In this document: positions 39,799-49,683 of the stretch, one piece after another | Layout: each line of letters starts with the position of its first letter | Position numbering within the stretch: position 1 is the first letter of the stretch | NCBI GenBank assembly: GCA_963777315.1 | Contig: CAVZQC010000001.1 | Coordinates: forward strand, 256,001-320,000 | Direction: 5' to 3' | Length of the DNA: 64,000 nucleotides | From: Vulcanimicrobiota bacterium | GTDB lineage: Bacteria > Vulcanimicrobiota > Vulcanimicrobiia > Vulcanimicrobiales > Vulcanimicrobiaceae | The notes under the pieces: model-generated | Databases searched by the model: none | What the model saw: only the letters and a program-made list of their open reading frames with translations | Told to the model about the DNA's origin: nothing | Made by a program: the position numbers and the translations under genes

Positions 39799-40773
39799 TC
39801 AGTCGTACTTCACGCGCGGATCGAGCCACGCGTACGCAACGTCGGCAAAAAGATTGAAAAAAACGACCAAGAACGCGTTGAACACCAAGTAGCCCATCAT
39901 CAGCGCGATGTCTTGCTGGCCCAAAGCGTTGAAGAACAGGCGCCCTTCGCCCGGCCACGCGAAGATCGTTTCGGTCACGATGGCGCCGCCGAACAGGCCG
40001 GGCAGCGTGAGCGCCGTCACCGTGACCAGCGGGATGAGCGCGTTCTTGAGCCCGTGCTTGAACAGCACGGTGCGGAAGTTGAGACCTTTGGCCCAGGCCG
40101 TGCGCATGTAATCCGTCTTGATCACTTCGAGCATCGAACTGCGCATGAAGCGGCTGTACAAGGCGACCTGCAACAGCGCCAGAACGATCGCCGGCAAGAT
40201 GAGATGCGTCACGCGATCGCCGAAATCGAACGTGTCGCTGCTGGACAGCCCCGCGGACGGCAACTGAATCAGATATCCGCCCGGGAGCGGTATGCCGTGC
40301 ACCGCAAACGCCAGCTGCATCATGAGCGCGAACCAGAACACCGGCATCGACTGGCCGAAAAAGGCAAACGTCGTGATGAAGTAGTCCCAAATCGAGTACG
40401 GCTTGACCGCCGCAAACAGGCCTGCCGACACGCCGATAATAAATGCGATCACGAACGAGGAGACCATCAGCTCGAAGGTGGCGGGAAGCCGCTCGAGGAT
40501 CGCGTTGAAGACCGGTTCGGAGTTGCTGGTGGAGTATCCGAAATCGCCGACGATGACGTGCCCGAGCCACAGCACATACTGCACGACGATTGGACGGTCG
40601 TAGCCGAGGTTATGTTTCAAGCGCGCGATGTCGGCCTGCGTGATGTGCGGGTTCTGCAGATACGGGCCCAGGCCGCCGCCCGGCGCGTTGTGCAGAATCA
40701 CGAACAGGATCAGAGAGATCAGAATCAGCAGCGGAATCGCTTGAAGCGTCCGCCGGATGACGTAGGTGAACAG
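39799..40773 (-). CDS. oppB: Oligopeptide ABC permease OppB/DppB (probable CTG start)
   Basis: 'FTYVIRRTLQAIP', 'ERLPATFEL', 'TAWAKGL', 'KHGLKNALIP', 'WLDPRVKY'. Confidence 0.88.
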   Translation of the reverse strand: MFTYVIRRTLQAIPLLILISLILFVILHNAPGGGLGPYLQNPHITQADIARLKHNLGYDRPIVVQYVLWLGHVIVGDFGYSTSNSEPVFNAILERLPATFELMVSSFVIAFIIGVSAGLFAAVKPYSIWDYFITTFAFFGQSMPVFWFALMMQLAFAVHGIPLPGGYLIQLPSAGLSSSDTFDFGDRVTHLILPAIVLALLQVALYSRFMRSSMLEVIKTDYMRTAWAKGLNFRTVLFKHGLKNALIPLVTVTALTLPGLFGGAIVTETIFAWPGEGRLFFNALGQQDIALMMGYLVFNAFLVVFFNLFADVAYAWLDPRVKYD

Positions 40774-40790
40774 GCGCTACTCCTCCGTTT

Positions 40791-41657
40791 TCACCACTGC
40801 GCGCCGCCCATGGACGCCGCCATAGTTGCGCTCGGATGCGCGGCTTTCCTGGAAAGGCCGAGGATCTCGCGTGCCTGGTCGGGGGTGGCGACCGGCCGTC
40901 CGAGTTCGTTCGCCAGCCGGACGACGCGCGCGACCAGCTCTTCGTTGGTCGCCAAACGTCCTTTCGAATAGTAGATATTGTCTTCCAGACCCACGCGAAC
41001 GTGGCCGCCCATGGCGAGCGCTGCCATCGCCATCGGCAGCTGCATGCGCCCGATGCCCGCAACCGACCACGTGCAGCCGGCAGGCAGGGAGTCGACCAGG
41101 TCGCACAGATTCTGCACGCTCGCGTCCAAGCCGCCCGGAACGCCCAGCACGAAATCGACGTGCTGAGGGAATTCCAACAACCCCTCCTTGTGCAGCCGCC
41201 GTGCGTTCGAAAGATGCCCCTTGTCGAAAATCTCCAGCTCCGGCCGAACGCCGAACTCATGCATTTTTTGCAGGATGGCGCGCATGATGGGAAAGCTGTT
41301 TTCAAAAACCTCGTCACCGAAGTTGACCGTTCCGCACGTGAGGGTGGCCATCTCCGGACGCAATTGCAGAACCGACGCGCGCTCGATGGGCGTCATGCCG
41401 ATGGCGCCCCCGGTGGAGAACTGCACGATCACGTCGCTTTGCGCGCGAATTGCTTCATACGCTTGCCGAAAACGCGCGACGTCGTGCGTGTTGCTTGCGT
41501 CGTCGTTTCGGCAGTGCACGTGCAGAATCGACGCTCCGGCCTCCCGCACCTTGCGCGCCACGTCGGCCAGCTGCCGGGGAGTAACGGCCAAATGCGGCGT
41601 CTGCTCGGGCGTGAGCTCCGCGCCCACCGGCGCCACGGTAACGATCAGCGGATCCAT
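40791..41657 (-). CDS. kce: 3-keto-5-aminohexanoate cleavage enzyme (BKACE)
   Basis: 'GAELT', 'HVHCR', 'QFSTGGA', 'PEMATLTCGTVNFG', 'RVGLEDNIY'. Confidence 0.88.
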   Translation of the reverse strand: MDPLIVTVAPVGAELTPEQTPHLAVTPRQLADVARKVREAGASILHVHCRNDDASNTHDVARFRQAYEAIRAQSDVIVQFSTGGAIGMTPIERASVLQLRPEMATLTCGTVNFGDEVFENSFPIMRAILQKMHEFGVRPELEIFDKGHLSNARRLHKEGLLEFPQHVDFVLGVPGGLDASVQNLCDLVDSLPAGCTWSVAGIGRMQLPMAMAALAMGGHVRVGLEDNIYYSKGRLATNEELVARVVRLANELGRPVATPDQAREILGLSRKAAHPSATMAASMGGAQW

Positions 41658-43231
41658 GGCTGCTCGGTTTCGGCGCGCATGAGCCTCGCGGCCTCCGCGA
41701 CCACCTCGCCGTTCAGGCCCAGCAGCCGCGCCAGCGCGAGAGCGCCGGCTTCGCGCTGCTCGTCGCCGCGAACCTCGACAATCGAATAGTCCATCGATTT
41801 CGCCAGCGCCGCCAACGCCGCTGGAAGATCGGTCGCGGGCTGTTCGCCGGAAACGTCGCGCAATCCGCGAACGGCGAAATGACGCGCCTGCGCGTCGCGG
41901 GCAATTCCGGCGAGGTGCGTTACCGCAAACGCCGTGCTGCCCCGGCTGCGCAGCATCTTCAACAGCGCGACGAGCAGGGCTTTGCCTTCGTGCGGCGTGG
42001 TCGTGCGCGCGAACTCATCGACGAGCAGCAGCGAATGGGATGCCGGCCGGGACAAAATTTCCTGAAGGCGCACCACTTCGGCCGCAAACGAGGAGAGCAG
42101 TTCTTCCGACTGGGGCTCCGAGCCGATTCCAAGCCACGCAATGTCGTCGAACAGCGCGCATTGCGCCGATTTTGCGGGCACCGGAATGCCGAAAGCGGTC
42201 AGCAGCGCGATAAACCCGCACGTGCGCAGCGCCACAGTCTTGCCCGCCATATTCGGTCCGGTGAGCACGGCGACTTCGTGCAATGCAATCGAGATGGGCT
42301 CGTAGGAGCGCCCTTGTGCTTGCAGCTCTTCGCGCATCGGAAGGTAGGATGCGTCTTCGAAAACGACGGCCGGCAGCTCGAGCACCTGCGGCGGCACGCA
42401 CGCGTAGTCACGCGCGAAGCAAGCTTGGGCGACGCGAACGTCGAGATCCGCCAGCGCAGCGAGCAGCCGTTCCAGTTCTGAAACGCATCGGCGTACGCTG
42501 CGGGAGATATGCGCGCGCACGCTGCGTTCTGCATGCGCTGCCGCCTCTTCAGCTTCGTCGCGCTTCCGCAGCGCGTTCAGCGCCGCTTCGTCCATCTCCA
42601 ATTCACACAAAAAATACGTCGGCGCTTCCCGCACGATTCGCATCCCGGCCGGCAGACGCTCTACCGAGTCGCGCATGACGATGAACTCCCCGCAAGGCAA
42701 TTGTCCTCGCCCCAGCGCAGCGGCCGCCGCTCGTGCGAGGCGTTCGCGTGCCGCCTCGTATTCGGTCTGCGCGCGCTCGGCGGCGGTGCGGGCCTTTGCC
42801 AAAACCGGGTCGAACTTTTCGGAAAGATAGAAGCCCGTCTTGCCGGCGCGGCCCGACTCCAACAAAGCTGCAAGATCGGTTAACGCCGAACTCGCCCGCG
42901 ACGGATCCACGCGGTGCGCCGCATCCAGAAAACGCAGCAACTCGAGCAGGTGCGCATCCTCGAGATCGTTTCCCATTGCGGCAGCCGAAATTGCCGGCAG
43001 CGGATCCGGTGCGCACGCCAGCGTTTCGCGTATCGCGTCGATGTCGCCGGCAGACAAATCGGCAATTTCGCACGCGCGCTGCCGAGCTTGCATTTCCTGG
43101 CCGGGGCGGTATGGCCGTAACTGCGCGTATGCGCGCCGGCCGAATTCGCTGACCGGCTCCAACGCTGCATGCAGCCACGCCGTCTGCAGTGCCGAGGCGG
43201 TCTTGGCGTCGACGATATCGGCGTACTTCAC
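41645..43231 (-). CDS. kamC: MutS-domain-V ATPase, KamC-like (aminomutase reactivase)
   Basis: 'TGPNMAGKT', 'LSSFAAE', 'DEFARTT', 'MDYSI'; lacks MutS DNA-binding domains; sits between kamB-like gene and kce. Confidence 0.7.
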   Translation of the reverse strand: MKYADIVDAKTASALQTAWLHAALEPVSEFGRRAYAQLRPYRPGQEMQARQRACEIADLSAGDIDAIRETLACAPDPLPAISAAAMGNDLEDAHLLELLRFLDAAHRVDPSRASSALTDLAALLESGRAGKTGFYLSEKFDPVLAKARTAAERAQTEYEAARERLARAAAAALGRGQLPCGEFIVMRDSVERLPAGMRIVREAPTYFLCELEMDEAALNALRKRDEAEEAAAHAERSVRAHISRSVRRCVSELERLLAALADLDVRVAQACFARDYACVPPQVLELPAVVFEDASYLPMREELQAQGRSYEPISIALHEVAVLTGPNMAGKTVALRTCGFIALLTAFGIPVPAKSAQCALFDDIAWLGIGSEPQSEELLSSFAAEVVRLQEILSRPASHSLLLVDEFARTTTPHEGKALLVALLKMLRSRGSTAFAVTHLAGIARDAQARHFAVRGLRDVSGEQPATDLPAALAALAKSMDYSIVEVRGDEQREAGALALARLLGLNGEVVAEAARLMRAETEQPWIR

Positions 43232-44127
43232 GCCGCGCCCACCATCGTATCGGCGTACACGTCGAACGTAGGCAGCCCCGTGGCCCGCGCTACGGCGCGC
43301 GCAAAAGCGCGAGGTTCGAAGTACCGCTCGCGGCCGATGGAAGCCACCGTCGCGGCAACCACGTGCAGCGGACGTTCGCAGCGCACGTTCAGCTCGTGCA
43401 GCAGTTCGGGCAGCGCTTTGCCGCCCGCGGCAACTTGCGTAGGGTCGCGAACGACGATCTGCCGGCCGGCGGCCTCGCGCGAGACTTGGGATGCGCGTGC
43501 CGGCGTGAGTGCGCCGTCCAGACGCAGCAGCGGTTTGTCCGGATCGTATGCCGGGATGCGCAAGCGCGCGCAAAGTGCGCGCACGTCGTCCACCGCTTGT
43601 TCCATCGTAGCCGCACCGGCTGCACCCACGGAAACGATCACCGCGTCGCCGCCTCCTGCGAGCGCCGCCACCCGATCCACCGCTCCGTCGACGATGATTT
43701 GTTCGCAGTCCAGCGCCGCAAGTCGCTGCACGCACGCGCGAATGCCGGCGGCCGCCGAAGGGCCGGCCAATTCGAAGTGGCCGGCGCGGCGCACTCGCGC
43801 AAGCACGATGGTTCCGGCCGCACTGTTCCAAGGACTCAGATCCAGGATTTCGCTTGCGGGGTGCCGTGGAAGCAGCGTCCGAGCCGTCGCAACGATCGTG
43901 CCTTCGCTCAAAAACAACCGCGGTTTCGCCAGTGAATCCACGGCATCGACCGCTTCCCCGTCGCGGCCCGTTGAAGTCATCCCCAGGCGTAGCCCGCGGG
44001 ATTGGGCCGCACGCGCGATCGCGCGCATCGCGACGGTTTTACCCGCGTTCTTTGCCGTCCCTACAATGAAGACCGAGCGCCGGACCGAGGCTCGCGCCAG
44101 ATCGAGTAAAGCGTCGCCCGCGAACAT
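43228..44127 (-). CDS. kamB: KamB-like protein (aminomutase reactivase subunit)
   Basis: 'IVGTAKNAGKT', 'TSTGRDGE', 'KPRLF', 'VDGAVDR'; GTGA overlap with kamC. Confidence 0.68.
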   Translation of the reverse strand: MFAGDALLDLARASVRRSVFIVGTAKNAGKTVAMRAIARAAQSRGLRLGMTSTGRDGEAVDAVDSLAKPRLFLSEGTIVATARTLLPRHPASEILDLSPWNSAAGTIVLARVRRAGHFELAGPSAAAGIRACVQRLAALDCEQIIVDGAVDRVAALAGGGDAVIVSVGAAGAATMEQAVDDVRALCARLRIPAYDPDKPLLRLDGALTPARASQVSREAAGRQIVVRDPTQVAAGGKALPELLHELNVRCERPLHVVAATVASIGRERYFEPRAFARAVARATGLPTFDVYADTMVGAA

Positions 44128-44165
44128 GCATGCTAATTCCGATGCGCGCTCAAAAGCTCCCCGCT

Positions 44166-44727
44166 TTAGCCGATGTGAAAGACCTTTGCCAGGATGAATG
44201 CGACTCCGGTGAGCATCAGAATGATGCCGGAAAACAACTCCGCGCCTTCTTCCACCCGCCGTCCCAGCACCCGTCCGAGCGTGAGCCCGGCGAACGTTGC
44301 CAGAATCGAAACCGCAAAGATGATACCAAGCGCGAGCCAAAGCGAGACGCCGATGTACAGAATCGAAAAGCCGATGCCGAGCGAATCCAAGCTGACGGAA
44401 AGCGCCGCGATGAACAGTCCCCATCCGCGCGACATGTCCAGCGGGACCTTTTCCTCGGCCTCGCGCAAGGCTTCGAAAATCATGTATCCGCCCACGGCAA
44501 CCAATGCTGCAAAGCCGATATAGCCCGCGACGCTGCCCAACAGACTGTCCGGCGACGTGGCCTAAGCCTACGCCGATGAGATTCATGATGACTTCGGCAG
44601 CCGCAAACGCAAGTCCGATGCGGATCCGCAGCGCGATCGGGGTGTCGCGCATGCCGACGCCGATGCCGACGGCAAATACGTCGAGCCCGAGCGAGAACGC
44701 CACGACGAGGATCTTTACGAGATGCAT
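44166..44727 (-). CDS. mntP: Manganese efflux pump MntP family; +1 indel at ~44544
   Basis: 'SLGLDVFAVGIGVG', 'SVSLDSLGIG', 'AELFSGIIL'. Confidence 0.8.
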
Positions 44728-44737
44728 CGGAGCGCCG

Positions 44738-45166
44738 TCAGCTTACGGCGGAATTTTCCAGCGGATCGACTTTCGGCTGCGCGAGCAAGCTGTTGACCGC
44801 GGCGCGCAGTTGCGAGATGGTGAACGGCTTGTTCAAAAAGAGGTTGGCGCCGGCATTTTTTGCGCGGCCGTCCATGGCATAATTCGTGTGACCGGACACC
44901 ATGAGGATCGGAAGCGACCGCGTGCGTTCGTTTGCCCGCAAGCGTTCGATTAAGTCGATGCCCGATATTCCCGGCAGCATGAAATCGCAGATCACGATGT
45001 CGAAATGCGGCTCACGATCCAGCGCGACGAGCGCGCTTTCACCGTCGTTTCGCACCGCGATCTCGTACGGTCCTTTGCGCAGCACCGTTTCGATCAGCGT
45101 GCAAATCGCCGGATCGTCGTCCGCTATGAGAACCCGCCACGTGCGCTGCATCATGTTGCCCGCCAC
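44738..45166 (-). CDS. Single-domain response regulator (CheY-like)
   Basis: 'LIADDD', 'CDFMLP', 'FLNKPF'. Confidence 0.85.
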   Translation of the reverse strand: MAGNMMQRTWRVLIADDDPAICTLIETVLRKGPYEIAVRNDGESALVALDREPHFDIVICDFMLPGISGIDLIERLRANERTRSLPILMVSGHTNYAMDGRAKNAGANLFLNKPFTISQLRAAVNSLLAQPKVDPLENSAVS

Positions 45167-45223
45167 CTTCCCCTCATCGGCAGTCCGCGCCTCGCACGCA
45201 ATATATGGTTTGGTAAAGTTTGT

Positions 45224-45997
45224 ATGAGGGCCGAAGGCGGAACGACGATCTTCTATCTTGCCGCCGCCGTGCTGGTCCTCATCATGCTTGGTCCGGTCGT
45301 TGCAATGCTCGCGGCAGTCCCGCCTTCTGCAGCGGTTGCCGCCTTTGCATTTCCGGCGGCGAGAGACGCCGTGCGCGTTTCACTCGCCGCCTCGACGATC
45401 GCCGTCGCAGTTGCATCGCTGCTGGGCATACCCGCGGGTTACGCGCTCGCGCACGCGCCCCGAGCCGTGCGCGCGACCGCGCTGTCGCTGCTGGCGCTTC
45501 CGCTGGCCTTTCCGCCGGTGGCCTCAGGCATCATGTTGTTGCAGACGGTGGGCACGCGTACTGCGCTGGGGTCCGCGCTTGCAGCGCACGGCATCGTTTT
45601 CGTCGACTCATTGTGGGGTGTTGCGCTCGCGGAGTTTTTCGTCGCCGGATCGTTCGTGGCGATCACCGCCGCCGCCGCGTTCGGTTCGCTCAACCCGGCG
45701 TACGAAGAATCGGCTCGCACGTTGGGCGCGGGGTCCGCAACCCTCTTCTTTCGCATCGCCTTGCCGCTGGCGGCGCCTAACGTTTTGGCGGGAATGGTCT
45801 TGGCTTGGATGCGCGCGATCGGCGAATACGGCGCCACTTCGATTCTGGCATATCATCCCACGTCGCTCCCGGTGCAGCTCTACGTGGCGCTGTCTTCACG
45901 CGGGGTCGGCACTTCGTTGGCACTGAGTTACGGTTTCGTGGTGCTTGCCGCACTCGTACTGAGCATACAATGGGCGTTGCGGCGCCGCGTCGTATAG
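45224..45997 (+). CDS. Molybdate-type ABC permease (ModB-like)
   Basis: 'LPLAFPPVASG', 'EESARTLGA', 'RAIGEYGAT'. Confidence 0.75.
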   Translation: MRAEGGTTIFYLAAAVLVLIMLGPVVAMLAAVPPSAAVAAFAFPAARDAVRVSLAASTIAVAVASLLGIPAGYALAHAPRAVRATALSLLALPLAFPPVASGIMLLQTVGTRTALGSALAAHGIVFVDSLWGVALAEFFVAGSFVAITAAAAFGSLNPAYEESARTLGAGSATLFFRIALPLAAPNVLAGMVLAWMRAIGEYGATSILAYHPTSLPVQLYVALSSRGVGTSLALSYGFVVLAALVLSIQWALRRRVV

Positions 45998-46006
45998 ACG
46001 CACGCA

Positions 46007-46904
46007 ATGGCCGTGATCGATAGTTGGTTCGCGCCCGATTCATTTTTTTCCAAGCGCTTTTTTTTCTTGGCAAGGCGCTTCGTCGCAGGCGAAACGATCG
46101 AGTCGGCCATTGCCGCCGTGCGCGTGCTCAACGCGGCCGGCATGACCGCAACCCTGGACTTTCTTGGGGAAGACGTTCTCGAACGGCAAGCGGCGCTGCA
46201 GACGCGCGACGCTTACATGCGAGCGCTGGACGCCATTGCCGCCGCGGGCGCGCAAAGCAACGTGTCGGTAAAACTCACGGCAATGGGATTGCTGCTGGGC
46301 CAAGACGTCAGCTCTCGAAAACTTGACCGCAATACTCGAGCATGCCCAAACCCGCAACGCCGACCCGTTCGTGCGCATCGACATGGAGGGCTCGAGCGTA
46401 ACGCAATCCACTCTCGAGGTTTTCGAACGGGCTTTTGCCGCGCACCCGAATGTGGGGCCGGTCTTGCAGGCCTATCTCAAACGCACGAAAGGCGACGTGC
46501 AGCGAGCGATCGGCATGGGCGCCCGCGTGCGGTTGTGCAAAGGTGCGTACAGCGAGCCGCCGGAGATTGCGTACCGCAACATGGCGCAGATTCGCCGTTC
46601 GTACCTGGAATGCGCGCAAGACTTGCTCGTCCGCGGCAACTATCCCGGTATTGCTACGCACGATCCGGCGATCATTGAAGCGATCAAGCAATTCGCGCGC
46701 GACCGGGGCGTCAAACCCGAGCAGTTCGAATTCCAAATGCTGTACGGGGTGCGGCCTTCGCTGCAGCGGCAACTGGTGCGCGAGGGATACCGCTTGCGGG
46801 TGTACGTTCCGTTCGGAACGCACTGGGCCGGGTATTTTTACCGGCGAGTCGCCGAGCGCCGGGAAAACGCGCTCTTCGCTCTGTCGTCGATCTTCACGAA
46901 ATAA
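46007..46904 (+). CDS. Monofunctional proline dehydrogenase; frameshift at ~46310
   Basis: 'RRFVAGET', 'SVKLTAMG', 'RIDME', 'RLCKGAY', 'ATHD', 'FQMLYG', 'RRVAER'. Confidence 0.9.
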
Positions 46905-46908
46905 GCGC

Positions 46909-47358
46909 ATGCGAGCGGTGGTGCAGCGCGTTTGCCGGGCGCAAGTGCGGGTGGGCGACGAGATTGCGGGCAGCATCGGCGCCGGTTTAGCCGTGCTGGT
47001 CGGGGTCGGCGCGGACGATGCGGATGCCGACGCGCAACAACTCGCGGAAAAAATCGCGACGCTTCGCATCCTGGCCGACGACGCCGGTTTGATGAACCGC
47101 AGCCTGCGAGACTGCGGGGGCTCCGTGCTGCTCGTTTCGCAGTTCACGCTTCACGGCGATGCACGAAAAGGACGGCGGCCGTCGTTCGTAGCCGCTGCTC
47201 GCGAGGAGATCGCGCGACCGCTGTACGAACGCGTGGGCGCGCTGCTCGAGCGTCAAGGCGTCCCGGTAGCTTACGGAATCTTCGGCGCGCGGATGCAGCT
47301 CGAGCTCCTCAACGACGGCCCGGTGACCATACTGCTCGATACGAAAAAGACGTTTTAG
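46909..47358 (+). CDS. dtd: D-aminoacyl-tRNA deacylase
   Basis: 'MRAVVQRV', 'SQFTL', 'KGRRPSF', 'NDGPVT'. Confidence 0.95.
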   Translation: MRAVVQRVCRAQVRVGDEIAGSIGAGLAVLVGVGADDADADAQQLAEKIATLRILADDAGLMNRSLRDCGGSVLLVSQFTLHGDARKGRRPSFVAAAREEIARPLYERVGALLERQGVPVAYGIFGARMQLELLNDGPVTILLDTKKTF

Positions 47359-47362
47359 CCGG

Positions 47363-47755
47363 CTACGGCTCCGGGGGTGCGTCGGCAGACGTTCCGTCCA
47401 GATAACCGATATGCGTGATGAAGCAGCGAATCGCTTCTCCTTGCGGCACAGGCTGACCGGACGCGGTTACCACGAATTCAACGGTTCGCTTTTGCCCCGG
47501 ATCGAGCTCGCGATCCAACTGCGTGAACGCCGCAAAACGCGCGTAGCGGAAATCGCGGTAAAATGCGGTTGCCAGATTCAACTGCGAGATGGGGCGATCC
47601 GATTCGTTCTGCACCGTCGCTTCAATGCGTAAACCGTGTCCCGTGCGAACCGCGTTGCAGATGGATACGCCGACCGGCAGGCGCTGAGGGTTGCCCGCGC
47701 ATGCCGCCATCGCAAATGCCAGCGCGGCCGGAGCCACGGCTGCGGACGCTTTCAC
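47363..47755 (-). CDS. Putative lipoprotein (Ig-like)
   Basis: Lipobox-like 'MAAC'; GTG start overlapping the upstream stop. Confidence 0.6.
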   Translation of the reverse strand: MKASAAVAPAALAFAMAACAGNPQRLPVGVSICNAVRTGHGLRIEATVQNESDRPISQLNLATAFYRDFRYARFAAFTQLDRELDPGQKRTVEFVVTASGQPVPQGEAIRCFITHIGYLDGTSADAPPEP

Positions 47756-49233
47756 CGCACGCTGTCGGGCAGCCGTTCGACGCGCACGATTTTGTCGGAT
47801 TCGACCAAACGGCCCAAAACGTCGAATCCGGCAATGACTCGCCCGAAGACCGTAAACTCGCGATTCAAATGCAACTGCGGGGAAAGCGTGATGTAGAACT
47901 GCGTTCCGGCAGAATCGCGGATTGCGTGGGCGTTGGGTGGGTTGGTGTAATTCAGGCCCATGGAAATCACGTAACCGTCCTGTTCGATGGGGTTTTCTTC
48001 CGCGCCGATCGTGTAGCCGGCGTCGCCGTTGCCGTTGCCGTTGGGATCGCCCGTCTGCACCACGAAATCCGGTACGATGCGAAACCACGGGTTGTTGTCG
48101 TAATATCCGCGCCGGGAGAGATTGAGGAAGTTCTCCACCGTCAACGGCGCCCATTCGGGATACAGTTCCACGTACACGTTGCCTTGCGTGGTCACGATCC
48201 GGACGCGCGGATGGGGACCCTTCGCAGGGCCGGTGAACAGCGCGGCCGTTCGCGGATCGAGTTTGGGCCACAGCGCAATCGCATCGGGTGAAGGTCGCTG
48301 CGGCTTGGCGCCCTCGGCGGTACGCCCGAGCGCAGGCACGTTCGCCAAAGGATCGGGTACGGGCGGCGGAGTGCGTACGTCTGCCGGAATTTTGTTCAAA
48401 TGTTCGGTCGGCTTGCCGCCCTGGAGCACGCGGATAGACTCGAGCGTTTGTTCTTGGACGCGCCAAGAGCCGTCGCGCAGCAGCGGCTGCAGCAACGCCA
48501 CGGCGCTTGCATCACCGCGACGGCCAAAGGCGCGCACGGCTTGGATTCGCACGACTTCGTTTGGATCGCGCAACGCTTTTGCGAACAGGGAGGGCGCGGC
48601 GGACTTGGAGTAGCCGCGGTACAGCGACCACACGATATGCCAGCGCACGTACGAATCGCGTGCTCGCGAATACCCGGCTTCGAGAGCGCGCAGCGCAAAG
48701 CGTTCTCGCGGGCCTTGCGAAAAGCTTTCCAAAGCCGTCGCCGCGCGCGCCCGCACGATAGGTGTACCGCCGCCAAGCAAATTCGCCGCCCGCGTCTGCG
48801 CCTGCGTCTGCTGGAGTCGCGTTAAAGCATGCGAGGTTTCGAGCCGGCCGGTCGCATCCAACGCGGCAACGCGCACGACGTCGGCGGGATCGTTCAAGGC
48901 GCGGACGATCCGCGGCGCGGCGGCCGGCGCATCGATCAGGCCCATGGCGTACGTTACCATCGCGCGCATGGCGTCGTCTCGGTCGTTTGCATGGCGCTCG
49001 AGCGCGGGAAGGCCGGCGGCTTGCTTGGTGCGGCCGATAGCCAGGGCTGCCCGCAGGGCGACGAAGCGGTCTTTCGAACCTAAAAACGACGCCAAGCGCC
49101 CGTTCCCGAGCGAACGCATTTGCTCGAGCCGCTCGATTTGCACGTACGCCCTCGCATCGGGGGCCGCTGCGCCTGTCCGCACGGCAAGCAGTGTCAGCAC
49201 CACATAAAACAAGCAAGCGGCGCTCTTAAACAA
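47752..49233 (-). CDS. Secreted HEAT-repeat protein with C-terminal cyclophilin PPIase domain
   Basis: HEAT repeats; 'APLTVENF', 'FVVQTGDP', 'SAGTQFYI', 'FTVFGRV'. Confidence 0.88.
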   Translation of the reverse strand: MFKSAACLFYVVLTLLAVRTGAAAPDARAYVQIERLEQMRSLGNGRLASFLGSKDRFVALRAALAIGRTKQAAGLPALERHANDRDDAMRAMVTYAMGLIDAPAAAPRIVRALNDPADVVRVAALDATGRLETSHALTRLQQTQAQTRAANLLGGGTPIVRARAATALESFSQGPRERFALRALEAGYSRARDSYVRWHIVWSLYRGYSKSAAPSLFAKALRDPNEVVRIQAVRAFGRRGDASAVALLQPLLRDGSWRVQEQTLESIRVLQGGKPTEHLNKIPADVRTPPPVPDPLANVPALGRTAEGAKPQRPSPDAIALWPKLDPRTAALFTGPAKGPHPRVRIVTTQGNVYVELYPEWAPLTVENFLNLSRRGYYDNNPWFRIVPDFVVQTGDPNGNGNGDAGYTIGAEENPIEQDGYVISMGLNYTNPPNAHAIRDSAGTQFYITLSPQLHLNREFTVFGRVIAGFDVLGRLVESDKIVRVERLPDSVR

Positions 49234-49334
49234 ATCTATACCAACTTTCTGGACCGAACTTGCGTTCTAGTATATGGAGCATGAGATTGCCGTCCTTCTG
49301 GGGCGGCACAAAGAACCGAGGTTTAGAACAGTCC

Positions 49335-49682
49335 ATGAATACACCCACCGGCCCGGCCCCCAAGAAAGCGGGCGGCATGACGGTCCGCGAAGCGGGCCAA
49401 AAGGGCGGCGAAACGGTCAAAAAAAAGTACGGTCCCGAATTCTACGAGCAGATCGGCCGCAAGGGCGGGCAAGCCACGAAAAATGCGCACGGCCACGCGT
49501 TCTACGAGCAGATCGGTAAAAAGGGCGGCAAAAAAGGCGGCGAGGCGACTCGCGATCGGTACGGCCCCAACTTCTACGAGCAGATTGGACAAAAAGGTGG
49601 CCAAAAGGTCAAACAACTCATCGAAGAAGGTAAACGCGCTGCAGCCGCAGCTCAACTCGATCGGGAGAAAAAAGCCAGCTAG
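49335..49682 (+). CDS. KGG-repeat general stress protein (GsiB/Em-like)
   Basis: 'MTVREAGQKGG' and three 'FYEQIGxKGG' repeats. Confidence 0.85.
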   Translation: MNTPTGPAPKKAGGMTVREAGQKGGETVKKKYGPEFYEQIGRKGGQATKNAHGHAFYEQIGKKGGKKGGEATRDRYGPNFYEQIGQKGGQKVKQLIEEGKRAAAAAQLDREKKAS

Positions 49683-49683
49683 T

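Noticed and set aside
43228..44727. Apparent MntP-KamB fusion (499-aa ORF)
   Set aside because: The MntP C-terminal half is in another frame (44166-44540); a single extra base at ~44544 explains the join.
27387..46904. Programmed frameshifting or mass pseudogenisation in tldD, dacB, RND, mntP and ProDH
   Set aside because: No slippery sequences at the breaks, the genes are otherwise intact, and the breaks share an AGCT context; sequencing error is more parsimonious.
49430..49600. Direct repeats 'TTCTACGAGCAGAT' as a CRISPR-like array
   Set aside because: They encode the KGG protein repeats; no cas genes and no unique spacers.
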